A DNA stretch of 64,000 bases. Origin: Auanema rhodensis (taxonomy: Eukaryota > Animalia > Nematoda). Below, in pieces: positions 24,920 to 39,633 of the stretch. Each line of letters starts with the position of its first letter. The stretch's first letter is position 1. The notes beneath the pieces are model-generated. The model was given only the letters and a program-made list of their open reading frames with translations. It did no database searches and was not told the DNA's origin. A program made the position numbers and the translations under genes. The DNA lies in contig OZ059897.1 in assembly GCA_964057225.1 (NCBI GenBank), positions 19,344,001 through 19,408,000 on the forward strand, read 5' to 3'.

Positions 24920-27900
24920 ATATAAGTGTAAACTTATATCAGTTGATATCTCGGTGCATTTTTAAGCTAGCGCAAATCTGATAACACAGATCGACGCAGC
25001 TTAAAAATCCGCATCGAATGCACTATACTACATTGAGAAACGCTTAATACAAAAATTAGTTATGATCGTTTGAAAAATGATGCATTAGTGTATGTTGAGT
25101 TTCCATGTACACTCAACATTGCTTCCAAAAACATTTTGACAAAAATTTTTTCGAAAAATTTCAAAATAATTTAGCAAAAAGTAGATGTTTTTAGATTCCT
25201 TTTTTCAAGGCAAAGACGATGGACAATGTTATTCAACGAAAAAATTAATTCTTCAGGGTGAAAATCGAGGATATAAGTGTGAACTTATAACAGTTGATAT
25301 CTCGGTACATTTTTAAGCTAGCGCAAATCTGATAACACAGATCGACGCAGCTTAAAAATCCGCATCGAATGCACTATACTACATTGAGAAACGCTTAATA
25401 CAAAAATTAGTTATGATCGTTTGAAAAATGATGCATTAGTGTATGTTGAGTTTCCATGTACACTCAACATTGCTTCCAAAAACATTTTGACAAAAATTTT
25501 TTCGAAAAATTTCAAAATAATTTAGCAAAAAGTAGATGTTTTTAGATTCCTTTTTTCAAGGCAAAGACGATGGACAATGTTATTTAACGAAAAAATCAAT
25601 TCTTCAGGGTGAAAATCGAGGATATAAGTGTAAACTTATATCAGTTGATATCTCGGTGCATTTTTAAGCTAGCGCAAATCTGATAACACAGATCGACGCA
25701 GCTTAAAAATCCGCATCGAATGCACTATACTACATTGAGAAACGCTTAATACAAAAATTAGTTATGATCGTTTGAAAAATGATGCATTAGTGTATGTTGA
25801 GTTTCCATGTACACTCAACATTGCTTCCAAAAACATTTTGACAAAAATTTTTTCGAAAAATTTCAAAATAATTTAGCAAAAAGTAGATGTTTTTAGATTC
25901 CTTTTTTCAAGGCAAAGACGATGGACAATGTTATTTAACGAAAAAATTAATTCTTCAGGGTGAAAATCGAGGATATAAGTGTAAACTTATATCAGTTGAT
26001 ATCTCGGTGCATTTTTAAGCTAGCGCAAATCTGATAACACAGATCGACGCAGCTTAAAAATCCGCATTGAATGCACTATACTACATTGAGAAACGCTTAA
26101 TACAAAAATTAGTTATGATCGTTTGAAAAATGATGCATTAGTGTATGTTGAGTTTCCATGTACACTCAACATTGCTTCCAAAAACATTTTGACAAAAATT
26201 TTTTCGAAAAATTTCAAAATAATTTAGCCAAAAGTAGATGTTTTTAGATTCTTTTTTTCAAGGCAAAGACGATGGACAATGTTATTCAACGAAAAAATTA
26301 ATTCTTCAGGGTGAAAATCGAGGATATAAGTGTAAACTTATATCAGTTGATATCTCGGTGCATTTTTAAGCTAGCGCAAATCTGATAACACAGATCGACG
26401 CAGCTTAAAAATCCGCATCGAATGCACTATACTACATTGAGAAACGCTTAATACAAAAATTAGTTATGATCGTTTGAAAAATGATGCATTAGTGTATGTT
26501 GAGTTTCCATGTACACTCAACATTGCTTCCAAAAACATTTTGACAAAAATTTTTTCGAAAAATTTCAAAATAATTTAGCAAAAAGTAGATGTTTTTAGAT
26601 TCCTTTTTTCAAGGCAAAGACGATGGACAATGTTATTTAACGAAAAAATTAATTCTTCAGGGTGAAAATCGAGGATATAAGTGTAAACTTATATCAGTTG
26701 ATATCTCGGTGCATTTTTAAGCTAGCGCAAATCTGATAACACAGATCGACGCAGCTTAAAAATCCGCATTGAATGCACTATACTACATTGAGAAACGCTT
26801 AATACAAAAATTAGTTATGATCGTTTGAAAAATGATGCATTAGTGTATGTTGAGTTTCCATGTACACTCAACATTGCTTCCAAAAACATTTTGACAAAAA
26901 TTTTTTCGAAAAATTTCAAAATAATTTAGACAAAAGTAGATGTTTTTAGATTCTTTTTTTCAAGGCAAAGACGATGGACAATGTTATTCAACGAAAAAAT
27001 TAATTCTTCAGGGTGAAAATCGAGGATATAAGTGTAAACTTATATCAGTTGATATCTCGGTGCATTTTTAAGCTAGCGCAAATCTGATAACACAGATCGA
27101 CGCAGCTTAAAAATCCGCATCGAATGCACTATACTACATTGAGAAACGCTTAATACAAAAATTAGTTATGATCGTTTGAAAAATGATGCATTAGTGTATG
27201 TTGAGTTTCCATGTACACTCAACATTGCTTCCAAAAACATTTTGACAAAAATTTTTTCGAAAAATTTCAAAATAATTTAGCAAAAAGTAGATGTTTTTAG
27301 ATTCCTTTTTTCAAGGCAAAGACGATGGACAATGTTATTCAACGAAAAAATTAATTCTTCAGGGTGAAAATCGAGGATATAAGTGTGAACTTATAACAGT
27401 TGATATCTCGGTACATTTTTAAGCTAGCGCAAATCTGATAACACAGATCGACGCAGCTTAAAAATCCGCATCGAATGCACTATACTACATTGAGAAACGC
27501 TTAATACAAAAATTAGTTATGATCGTTTGAAAAATGATGCATTAGTGTATGTTGAGTTTCCATGTACACTCAACATTGCTTCCAAAAACATTTTGACAAA
27601 AATTTTTTCGAAAAATTTCAAAATAATTTAGCAAAAAGTAGATGTTTTTAGATTCCTTTTTTCAAGGCAAAGACGATGGACAATGTTATTTAACGAAAAA
27701 ATCAATTCTTCAGGGTGAAAATCGAGGATATAAGTGTAAACTTATATCAGTTGATATCTCGGTGCATTTTTAAGCTAGCGCAAATCTGATAACACAGATC
27801 GACGCAGCTTAAAAATCCGCATCGAATGCACTATACTACATTGAGAAACGCTTAATACAAAAATTAGTTATGATCGTTTGAAAAATGATGCATTAGTGTA

Positions 27901-29131
27901 TGTTGAGTTTCCATGTACACTCAACATTGCTTCCAAAAACATTTTGACAAAAATTTTTTCGAAAAATTTCAAAATAATTTAGCAAAAAGTAGATGTTTTT
28001 AGATTCCTTTTTTCAAGGCAAAGACGATGGACAATGTTATTTAACGAAAAAATTAATTCTTCAGGGTGAAAATCGAGGATATAAGTGTAAACTTATATCA
28101 GTTGATATCTCGGTGCATTTTTAAGCTAGCGCAAATCTGATAACACAGATCGACGCAGCTTAAAAATCCGCATTGAATGCACTATACTACATTGAGAAAC
28201 GCTTAATACAAAAATTAGTTATGATCGTTTGAAAAATGATGCATTAGTGTATGTTGAGTTTCCATGTACACTCAACATTGCTTCCAAAAACATTTTGACA
28301 AAAATTTTTTCGAAAAATTTCAAAATAATTTAGCCAAAAGTAGATGTTTTTAGATTCTTTTTTTCAAGGCAAAGACGATGGACAATGTTATTCAACGAAA
28401 AAATTAATTCTTCAGGGTGAAAATCGAGGATATAAGTGTAAACTTATATCAGTTGATATCTCGGTGCATTTTTAAGCTAGCGCAAATCTGATAACACAGA
28501 TCGACGCAGCTTAAAAATCCGCATCGAATGCACTATACTACATTGAGAAACGCTTAATACAAAAATTAGTTATGATCGTTTGAAAAATGATGCATTAGTG
28601 TATGTTGAGTTTCCATGTACACTCAACATTGCTTCCAAAAACATTTTGACAAAAATTTTTTCGAAAAATTTCAAAATAATTTAGCAAAAAGTAGATGTTT
28701 TTAGATTCCTTTTTTCAAGGCAAAGACGATGGACAATGTTATTTAACGAAAAAATTAATTCTTCAGGGTGAAAATCGAGGATATAAGTGTAAACTTATAT
28801 CAGTTGATATCTCGGTGCATTTTTAAGCTAGCGCAAATCTGATAACACAGATCGACGCAGCTTAAAAATCCGCATTGAATGCACTATACTACATTGAGAA
28901 ACGCTTAATACAAAAATTAGTTATGATCGTTTGAAAAATGATGCATTAGTGTATGTTGAGTTTCCATGTACACTCAACATTGCTTCCAAAAACATTTTGA
29001 CAAAAATTTTTTCGAAAAATTTCAAAATAATTTAGACAAAAGTAGATGTTTTTAGATTCTTTTTTTCAAGGCAAAGACGATGGACAATGTTATTCAACGA
29101 AAAAATTAATTCTTCAGGGTGAAAATCGAGG
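24920..29131 (+). repeat. 6-monomer higher-order repeat (2106 bp) x2 (m72-77, m78-83)
   Basis: The same ordered variant string appears in both copies: C315; G11/A20/A37+AAATCAAT; consensus; GCATTGA+TAGCC+ATTCTTTT; consensus; GCATTGA+TAGAC+ATTCTTTT. Confidence 0.88.
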
Positions 29132-29482
29132 ATATAAGTGTAAACTTATATCAGTTGATATCTCGGTGCATTTTTAAGCTAGCGCAAATCTGATAACACA
29201 GATCGACGCAGCTTAAAAATCCGCATCGAATGCACTATACTACATTGAGAAACGCTTAATACAAAAATTAGTTATGATCGTTTGAAAAATGATGCATTAG
29301 TGTATGTTGAGTTTCCATGTACACTCAACATTGCTTCCAAAAACATTTTGACAAAAATTTTTTCGAAAAATTTCAAAATAATTTAGCAAAAAGTAGATGT
29401 TTTTAGATTCCTTTTTTCAAGGCAAAGACGATGGACAATGTTATTTAACGAAAAAATTAATTCTTCAGGGTGAAAATCAAGG

Positions 29483-32400
29483 ATATAAGTGTAAACTTAT
29501 ATCAGTTGATATCTCGGTGCATTTTTAAGCTAGCGCAAATCTGATAACACAGATCGACGCAGCTTAAAAATCCGCATCGAACACTATACTACATTGAGAA
29601 ACGCTTAATACAAAAATTAGTTATGATCGTTTGAAAAATGATGCATTAGTGTATGTTGAGTTTCCATGTACACTCAACATTGCTTCCAAAAACATTTTGA
29701 CAAAAATTTTTTCGAAAAATTTCAAAATAATTTAGCAAAAAGTAGATGTTTTTAGATTCCTTTTTTCAAGGCAAAGACGATGGACAATGTTATTTAACGA
29801 AAAAATTAATTCTTCAGGGTGAAAATCGAGGATATAAGTGTAAACTTATATCAGTTGATATCTCGGTGCATTTTTAAGCTAGCGCAAATCTGATAACACA
29901 GATCGACGCAGCTTAAAAATCCGCATTGAATGCACTATACTACATTGAGAAACGCTTAATACAAAAATTAGTTATGATCGTTTGAAAAATGATGCATTAG
30001 TGTATGTTGAGTTTCCATGTACACTCAACATTGCTTCCAAAAACATTTTGACAAAAATTTTTTCGAAAAATTTCAAAATAATTTAGCCAAAAGTAGATGT
30101 TTTTAGATTCTTTTTTTCAAGGCAAAGACGATGGACAATGTTATTCAACGAAAAAATTAATTCTTCAGGGTGAAAATCGAGGATATAAGTGTAAACTTAT
30201 ATCAGTTGATATCTCGGTGCATTTTTAAGCTAGCGCAAATCTGATAACACAGATCGACGCAGCTTAAAAATCCGCATCGAATGCACTATACTACATTGAG
30301 AAACGCTTAATACAAAAATTAGTTATGATCGTTTGAAAAATGATGCATTAGTGTATGTTGAGTTTCCATGTACACTCAACATTGCTTCCAAAAACATTTT
30401 GACAAAAATTTTTTCGAAAAATTTCAAAATAATTTAGCAAAAAGTAGATGTTTTTAGATTCCTTTTTTCAAGGCAAAGACGATGGACAATGTTATTTAAC
30501 GAAAAAATTAATTCTTCAGGGTGAAAATCGAGGATATAAGTGTAAACTTATATCAGTTGATATCTCGGTGCATTTTTAAGCTAGCGCAAATCTGATAACA
30601 CAGATCGACGCAGCTTAAAAATCCGCATCGAACACTATACTACATTGAGAAACGCTTAATACAAAAATTAGTTATGATCGTTTGAAAAATGATGCATTAG
30701 TGTATGTTGAGTTTCCATGTACACTCAACATTGCTTCCAAAAACATTTTGACAAAAATTTTTTCGAAAAATTTCAAAATAATTTAGCAAAAAGTAGATGT
30801 TTTTAGATTCCTTTTTTCAAGGCAAAGACGATGGACAATGTTATTTAACGAAAAAATTAATTCTTCAGGGTGAAAATCGAGGATATAAGTGTAAACTTAT
30901 ATCAGTTGATATCTCGGTGCATTTTTAAGCTAGCGCAAATCTGATAACACAGATCGACGCAGCTTAAAAATCCGCATCGAACACTATACTACATTGAGAA
31001 ACGCTTAATACAAAAATTAGTTATGATCGTTTGAAAAATGATGCATTAGTGTATGTTGAGTTTCCATGTACACTCAACATTGCTTCCAAAAACATTTTGA
31101 CAAAAATTTTTTCGAAAAATTTCAAAATAATTTAGCAAAAAGTAGATGTTTTTAGATTCCTTTTTTCAAGGCAAAGACGATGGACAATGTTATTCAACGA
31201 AAAAATTAATTCTTCAGGGTGAAAATCGAGGATATAAGTGTGAACTTATAACAGTTGATATCTCGGTACATTTTTAAGCTAGCGCAAATCTGATAACACA
31301 GATCGACGCAGCTTAAAAATCCGCATCGAATGCACTATACTACATTGAGAAACGCTTAATACAAAAATTAGTTATGATCGTTTGAAAAATGATGCATTAG
31401 TGTATGTTGAGTTTCCATGTACACTCAACATTGCTTCCAAAAACATTTTGACAAAAATTTTTTCGAAAAATTTCAAAATAATTTAGCAAAAAGTAGATGT
31501 TTTTAGATTCCTTTTTTCAAGGCAAAGACGATGGACAATGTTATTTAACGAAAAAATTAATTCTTCAGGGTGAAAATCGAGGATATAAGTGTAAACTTAT
31601 ATCAGTTGATATCTCGGTGCATTTTTAAGCTAGCGCAAATCTGATAACACAGATCGACGCAGCTTAAAAATCCGCATCGAATGCACTATACTACATTGAG
31701 AAACGCTCAATACAAAAATTAGTTATGATCGTTTGAAAAATGATGCATTAGTGTATGTTGAGTTTCCATGTACACTCAACATTGCTTCCAAAAACATTTT
31801 GACAAAAATTTTTTCGAAAAATTTCAAAATAATTTAGCAAAAAGTAGATGTTTTTAGATTCCTTTTTTCAAGGCAAAGACGATGGACAATGTTATTTAAC
31901 GAAAAAATTAATTCTTCAGGGTGAAAATCGAGGATATAAGTGTAAACTTATATCAGTTGATATCTTGGTGCATTTTTAAGCTAGCGCAAATCTGATAACA
32001 CAGATCGACGCAGCTTAAAAATCCGCATCGAATGCACTATACTACATTGAGAAACGCTTAATACAAAAATTAGTTATGATCGTTTGAAAAATGATGCATT
32101 AGTGTATGTTGAGTTTCCATGTACACTCAACATTGCTTCCAAAAACATTTTGACAAAAATTTTTTCGAAAAATTTCAAAATAATTTAGCAAAAAGTAGAT
32201 GTTTTTAGATTCCTTTTTTCAAGGCAAAGACGATGGACAATGTTATTTAACGAAAAAATTAATTCTTCAGGGTGAAAATCGAGGATATAAGTGTAAACTT
32301 ATATCAGTTGATATCTCGGTGCATTTTTAAGCTAGCGCAAATCTGATAACACAGATCGACGCAGCTTAAAAATCCGCATCGAACACTATACTACATTGAG

Positions 32401-35400
32401 AAACGCTTAATACAAAAATTAGTTATGATCGTTTGAAAAATGATGCATTAGTGTATGTTGAGTTTCCATGTACACTCAACATTGCTTCCAAAAACATTTT
32501 GACAAAAATTTTTTCGAAAAATTTCAAAATAATTTAGCAAAAAGTAGATGTTTTTAGATTCTTTTTTTCAAGGCAAAGACGATGGACAATGTTATTCAAC
32601 GAAAAAATTAATTCTTCAGGGTGAAAATCGAGGATATAAGTGTAAACTTATATCAGTTGATATCTCGGTGCATTTTTAAGCTAGCGCAAATCTGATAACA
32701 CAGATCGACGCAGCTTAAAAATCCGCATCGAATGCACTATACTACATTGAGAAACGCTTAATACAAAAATTAGTTATGATCGTTTGAAAAATGATGCATT
32801 AGTGTATGTTGAGTTTCCATGTACACTCAACATTGCTTCCAAAAACATTTTGACAAAAATTTTTTCGAAAAATTTCAAAATAATTTAGCAAAAAGTAGAT
32901 GTTTTTAGATTCCTTTTTTCAAGGCAAAGACGATGGACAATGTTATTTAACGAAAAAATTAATTCTTCAGGGTGAAAATCGAGGATATAAGTGTAAACTT
33001 ATATCAGTTGATATCTCGGTGCATTTTTAAGCTAGCGCAAATCTGATAACACAGATCGACGCAGCTTAAAAATCCGCATCGAACACTATACTACATTGAG
33101 AAACGCTTAATACAAAAATTAGTTATGATCGTTTGAAAAATGATGCATTAGTGTATGTTGAGTTTCCATGTACACTCAACATTGCTTCCAAAAACATTTT
33201 GACAAAAATTTTTTCGAAAAATTTCAAAATAATTTAGCAAAAAGTAGATGTTTTTAGATTCCTTTTTTCAAGGCAAAGACGATGGACAATGTTATTTAAC
33301 GAAAAAATTAATTCTTCAGGGTGAAAATCGAGGATATAAGTGTAAACTTATATCAGTTGATATCTCGGTGCATTTTTAAGCTAGCGCAAATCTGATAACA
33401 CAGATCGACGCAGCTTAAAAATCCGCATCGAACACTATACTACATTGAGAAACGCTTAATACAAAAATTAGTTATGATCGTTTGAAAAATGATGCATTAG
33501 TGTATGTTGAGTTTCCATGTACACTCAACATTGCTTCCAAAAACATTTTGACAAAAATTTTTTCGAAAAATTTCAAAATAATTTAGCAAAAAGTAGATGT
33601 TTTTAGATTCCTTTTTTCAAGGCAAAGACGATGGACAATGTTATTTAACGAAAAAATTAATTCTTCAGGGTGAAAATCGAGGATATAAGTGTAAACTTAT
33701 ATCAGTTGATATCTCGGTGCATTTTTAAGCTAGCGCAAATCTGATAACACAGATCGACGCAGCTTAAAAATCCGCATCGAACACTATACTACATTGAGAA
33801 ACGCTTAATACAAAAATTAGTTATGATCGTTTGAAAAATGATGCATTAGTGTATGTTGAGTTTCCATGTACACTCAACATTGCTTCCAAAAACATTTTGA
33901 CAAAAATTTTTTCGAAAAATTTCAAAATAATTTAGCAAAAAGTAGATGTTTTTAGATTCCTTTTTTCAAGGCAAAGACGATGGACAATGTTATTCAACGA
34001 AAAAATTAATTCTTCAGGGTGAAAATCGAGGATATAAGTGTGAACTTATAACAGTTGATATCTTGGTGCATTTTTAAGCTAGCGCAAATCTGATAACACA
34101 GATCGACGCAGCTTAAAAATCCGCATCGAATGCACTATACTACATTGAGAAACGCTTAATACAAAAATTAGTTATGATCGTTTGAAAAATGATGCATTAG
34201 TGTATGTTGAGTTTCCATGTACACTCAACATTGCTTCCAAAAACATTTTGACAAAAATTTTTTCGAAAAATTTCAAAATAATTTAGCCAAAAGTAGATGT
34301 TTTTAGATTCTTTTTTTCAAGGCAAAGACGATGGACAATGTTATTCAACGAAAAAATTAATTCTTCAGGGTGAAAATCGAGGATATAAGTGTAAACTTAT
34401 ATCAGTTGATATCTCGGTGCATTTTTAAGCTAGCGCAAATCTGATAACACAGATCGACGCAGCTTAAAAATCCGCATCGAATGCACTATACTACATTGAG
34501 AAACGCTTAATACAAAAATTAGTTATGATCGTTTGAAAAATGATGCATTAGTGTATGTTGAGTTTCCATGTACACTCAACATTGCTTCCAAAAACATTTT
34601 GACAAAAATTTTTTCGAAAAATTTCAAAATAATTTAGCAAAAAGTAGATGTTTTTAGATTCCTTTTTTCAAGGCAAAGACGATGGACAATGTTATTTAAC
34701 GAAAAAATTAATTCTTCAGGGTGAAAATCGAGGATATAAGTGTAAACTTATATCAGTTGATATCTCGGTGCATTTTTAAGCTAGCGCAAATCTGATAACA
34801 CAGATCGACGCAGCTTAAAAATCCGCATCGAACACTATACTACATTGAGAAACGCTTAATACAAAAATTAGTTATGATCGTTTGAAAAATGATGCATTAG
34901 TGTATGTTGAGTTTCCATGTACACTCAACATTGCTTCCAAAAACATTTTGACAAAAATTTTTTCGAAAAATTTCAAAATAATTTAGCAAAAAGTAGATGT
35001 TTTTAGATTCCTTTTTTCAAGGCAAAGACGATGGACAATGTTATTTAACGAAAAAATTAATTCTTCAGGGTGAAAATCGAGGATATAAGTGTAAACTTAT
35101 ATCAGTTGATATCTCGGTGCATTTTTAAGCTAGCGCAAATCTGATAACACAGATCGACGCAGCTTAAAAATCCGCATCGAACACTATACTACATTGAGAA
35201 ACGCTTAATACAAAAATTAGTTATGATCGTTTGAAAAATGATGCATTAGTGTATGTTGAGTTTCCATGTACACTCAACATTGCTTCCAAAAACATTTTGA
35301 CAAAAATTTTTTCGAAAAATTTCAAAATAATTTAGCAAAAAGTAGATGTTTTTAGATTCCTTTTTTCAAGGCAAAGACGATGGACAATGTTATTTAACGA

Positions 35401-38400
35401 AAAAATTAATTCTTCAGGGTGAAAATCGAGGATATAAGTGTAAACTTATATCAGTTGATATCTCGGTGCATTTTTAAGCTAGCGCAAATCTGATAACACA
35501 GATCGACGCAGCTTAAAAATCCGCATCGAACACTATACTACATTGAGAAACGCTTAATACAAAAATTAGTTATGATCGTTTGAAAAATGATGCATTAGTG
35601 TATGTTGAGTTTCCATGTACACTCAACATTGCTTCCAAAAACATTTTGACAAAAATTTTTTCGAAAAATTTCAAAATAATTTAGCAAAAAGTAGATGTTT
35701 TTAGATTCCTTTTTTCAAGGCAAAGACGATGGACAATGTTATTTAACGAAAAAATTAATTCTTCAGGGTGAAAATCGAGGATATAAGTGTAAACTTATAT
35801 CAGTTGATATCTCGGTGCATTTTTAAGCTAGCGCAAATCTGATAACACAGATCGACGCAGCTTAAAAATCCGCATCGAATGCACTATACTACATTGAGAA
35901 ACGCTCAATACAAAAATTAGTTATGATCGTTTGAAAAATGATGCATTAGTGTATGTTGAGTTTCCATGTACACTCAACATTGCTTCCAAAAACATTTTGA
36001 CAAAAATTTTTTCGAAAAATTTCAAAATAATTTAGCAAAAAGTAGATGTTTTTAGATTCCTTTTTTCAAGGCAAAGACGATGGACAATGTTATTTAACGA
36101 AAAAATTAATTCTTCAGGGTGAAAATCGAGGATATAAGTGTAAACTTATATCAGTTGATATCTTGGTGCATTTTTAAGCTAGCGCAAATCTGATAACACA
36201 GATCGACGCAGCTTAAAAATCCGCATCGAATGCACTATACTACATTGAGAAACGCTTAATACAAAAATTAGTTATGATCGTTTGAAAAATGATGCATTAG
36301 TGTATGTTGAGTTTCCATGTACACTCAACATTGCTTCCAAAAACATTTTGACAAAAATTTTTTCGAAAAATTTCAAAATAATTTAGCCAAAAGTAGATGT
36401 TTTTAGATTCTTTTTTTCAAGGCAAAGACGATGGACAATGTTATTCAACGAAAAAATTAATTCTTCAGGGTGAAAATCGAGGATATAAGTGTAAACTTAT
36501 ATCAGTTGATATCTCGGTGCATTTTTAAGCTAGCGCAAATCTGATAACACAGATCGACGCAGCTTAAAAATCCGCATCGAATGCACTATACTACATTGAG
36601 AAACGCTTAATACAAAAATTAGTTATGATCGTTTGAAAAATGATGCATTAGTGTATGTTGAGTTTCCATGTACACTCAACATTGCTTCCAAAAACATTTT
36701 GACAAAAATTTTTTCGAAAAATTTCAAAATAATTTAGCAAAAAGTAGATGTTTTTAGATTCCTTTTTTCAAGGCAAAGACGATGGACAATGTTATTTAAC
36801 GAAAAAATTAATTCTTCAGGGTGAAAATCGAGGATATAAGTGTAAACTTATATCAGTTGATATCTCGGTGCATTTTTAAGCTAGCGCAAATCTGATAACA
36901 CAGATCGACGCAGCTTAAAAATCCGCATCGAACACTATACTACATTGAGAAACGCTTAATACAAAAATTAGTTATGATCGTTTGAAAAATGATGCATTAG
37001 TGTATGTTGAGTTTCCATGTACACTCAACATTGCTTCCAAAAACATTTTGACAAAAATTTTTTCGAAAAATTTCAAAATAATTTAGCAAAAAGTAGATGT
37101 TTTTAGATTCCTTTTTTCAAGGCAAAGACGATGGACAATGTTATTTAACGAAAAAATTAATTCTTCAGGGTGAAAATCGAGGATATAAGTGTAAACTTAT
37201 ATCAGTTGATATCTCGGTGCATTTTTAAGCTAGCGCAAATCTGATAACACAGATCGACGCAGCTTAAAAATCCGCATCGAATGCACTATACTACATTGAG
37301 AAACGCTTAATACAAAAATTAGTTATGATCGTTTGAAAAATGATGCATTAGTGTATGTTGAGTTTCCATGTACACTCAACATTGCTTCCAAAAACATTTT
37401 GACAAAAATTTTTTCGAAAAATTTCAAAATAATTTAGCAAAAAGTAGATGTTTTTAGATTCCTTTTTTCAAGGCAAAGACGATGGACAATGTTATTTAAC
37501 GAAAAAATTAATTCTTCAGGGTGAAAATCGAGGATATAAGTGTAAACTTATATCAGTTGATATCTCGGTGCATTTTTAAGCTAGCGCAAATCTGATAACA
37601 CAGATCGACGCAGCTTAAAAATCCGCATCGAACACTATACTACATTGAGAAACGCTTAATACAAAAATTAGTTATGATCGTTTGAAAAATGATGCATTAG
37701 TGTATGTTGAGTTTCCATGTACACTCAACATTGCTTCCAAAAACATTTTGACAAAAATTTTTTCGAAAAATTTCAAAATAATTTAGCAAAAAGTAGATGT
37801 TTTTAGATTCCTTTTTTCAAGGCAAAGACGATGGACAATGTTATTTAACGAAAAAATTAATTCTTCAGGGTGAAAATCGAGGATATAAGTGTAAACTTAT
37901 ATCAGTTGATATCTCGGTGCATTTTTAAGCTAGCGCAAATCTGATAACACAGATCGACGCAGCTTAAAAATCCGCATCGAATGCACTATACTACATTGAG
38001 AAACGCTCAATACAAAAATTAGTTATGATCGTTTGAAAAATGATGCATTAGTGTATGTTGAGTTTCCATGTACACTCAACATTGCTTCCAAAAACATTTT
38101 GACAAAAATTTTTTCGAAAAATTTCAAAATAATTTAGCAAAAAGTAGATGTTTTTAGATTCCTTTTTTCAAGGCAAAGACGATGGACAATGTTATTTAAC
38201 GAAAAAATTAATTCTTCAGGGTGAAAATCGAGGATATAAGTGTAAACTTATATCAGTTGATATCTTGGTGCATTTTTAAGCTAGCGCAAATCTGATAACA
38301 CAGATCGACGCAGCTTAAAAATCCGCATCGAATGCACTATACTACATTGAGAAACGCTTAATACAAAAATTAGTTATGATCGTTTGAAAAATGATGCATT

Positions 38401-39633
38401 AGTGTATGTTGAGTTTCCATGTACACTCAACATTGCTTCCAAAAACATTTTGACAAAAATTTTTTCGAAAAATTTCAAAATAATTTAGCCAAAAGTAGAT
38501 GTTTTTAGATTCTTTTTTTCAAGGCAAAGACGATGGACAATGTTATTCAACGAAAAAATTAATTCTTCAGGGTGAAAATCGAGGATATAAGTGTAAACTT
38601 ATATCAGTTGATATCTCGGTGCATTTTTAAGCTAGCGCAAATCTGATAACACAGATCGACGCAGCTTAAAAATCCGCATCGAATGCACTATACTACATTG
38701 AGAAACGCTTAATACAAAAATTAGTTATGATCGTTTGAAAAATGATGCATTAGTGTATGTTGAGTTTCCATGTACACTCAACATTGCTTCCAAAAACATT
38801 TTGACAAAAATTTTTTCGAAAAATTTCAAAATAATTTAGCAAAAAGTAGATGTTTTTAGATTCCTTTTTTCAAGGCAAAGACGATGGACAATGTTATTTA
38901 ACGAAAAAATTAATTCTTCAGGGTGAAAATCGAGGATATAAGTGTAAACTTATATCAGTTGATATCTCGGTGCATTTTTAAGCTAGCGCAAATCTGATAA
39001 CACAGATCGACGCAGCTTAAAAATCCGCATCGAACACTATACTACATTGAGAAACGCTTAATACAAAAATTAGTTATGATCGTTTGAAAAATGATGCATT
39101 AGTGTATGTTGAGTTTCCATGTACACTCAACATTGCTTCCAAAAACATTTTGACAAAAATTTTTTCGAAAAATTTCAAAATAATTTAGCAAAAAGTAGAT
39201 GTTTTTAGATTACTTTTTTCAAGGCAAAGACGATGGACAATGTTATTTAACGAAAAAATTAATTCTTCAGGGTGAAAATCGAGGATATAAGTGTAAACTT
39301 ATATCAGTTGATATCTCGGTGCATTTTTAAGCTAGCGCAAATCTGATAACACAGATCGACGCAGCTTAAAAATCCGCATCGAACACTATACTACATTGAG
39401 AAACGCTTAATACAAAAATTAGTTATGATCGTTTGAAAAATGATGCATTAGTGTATGTTGAGTTTCCATGTACACTCAACATTGCTTCCAAAAACATTTT
39501 GACAAAAATTTTTTCGAAAAATTTCAAAATAATTTAGCAAAAAGTAGATGTTTTTAGATTCCTTTTTTCAAGGCAAAGACGATGGACAATGTTATTCAAC
39601 GAAAAAATTAATTCTTCAGGGTGAAAATCGAGG
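29483..39633 (+). repeat. Domain enriched in the 349-bp monomer variant (2-bp deletion GAATGCAC>GAACAC)
   Basis: 14 of 29 monomers carry the deletion (m85, 88, 89, 93, 95-97, 100-102, 106, 108, 112, 113). TCTTGGTG (T33) was seen only in this domain. Confidence 0.9.
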
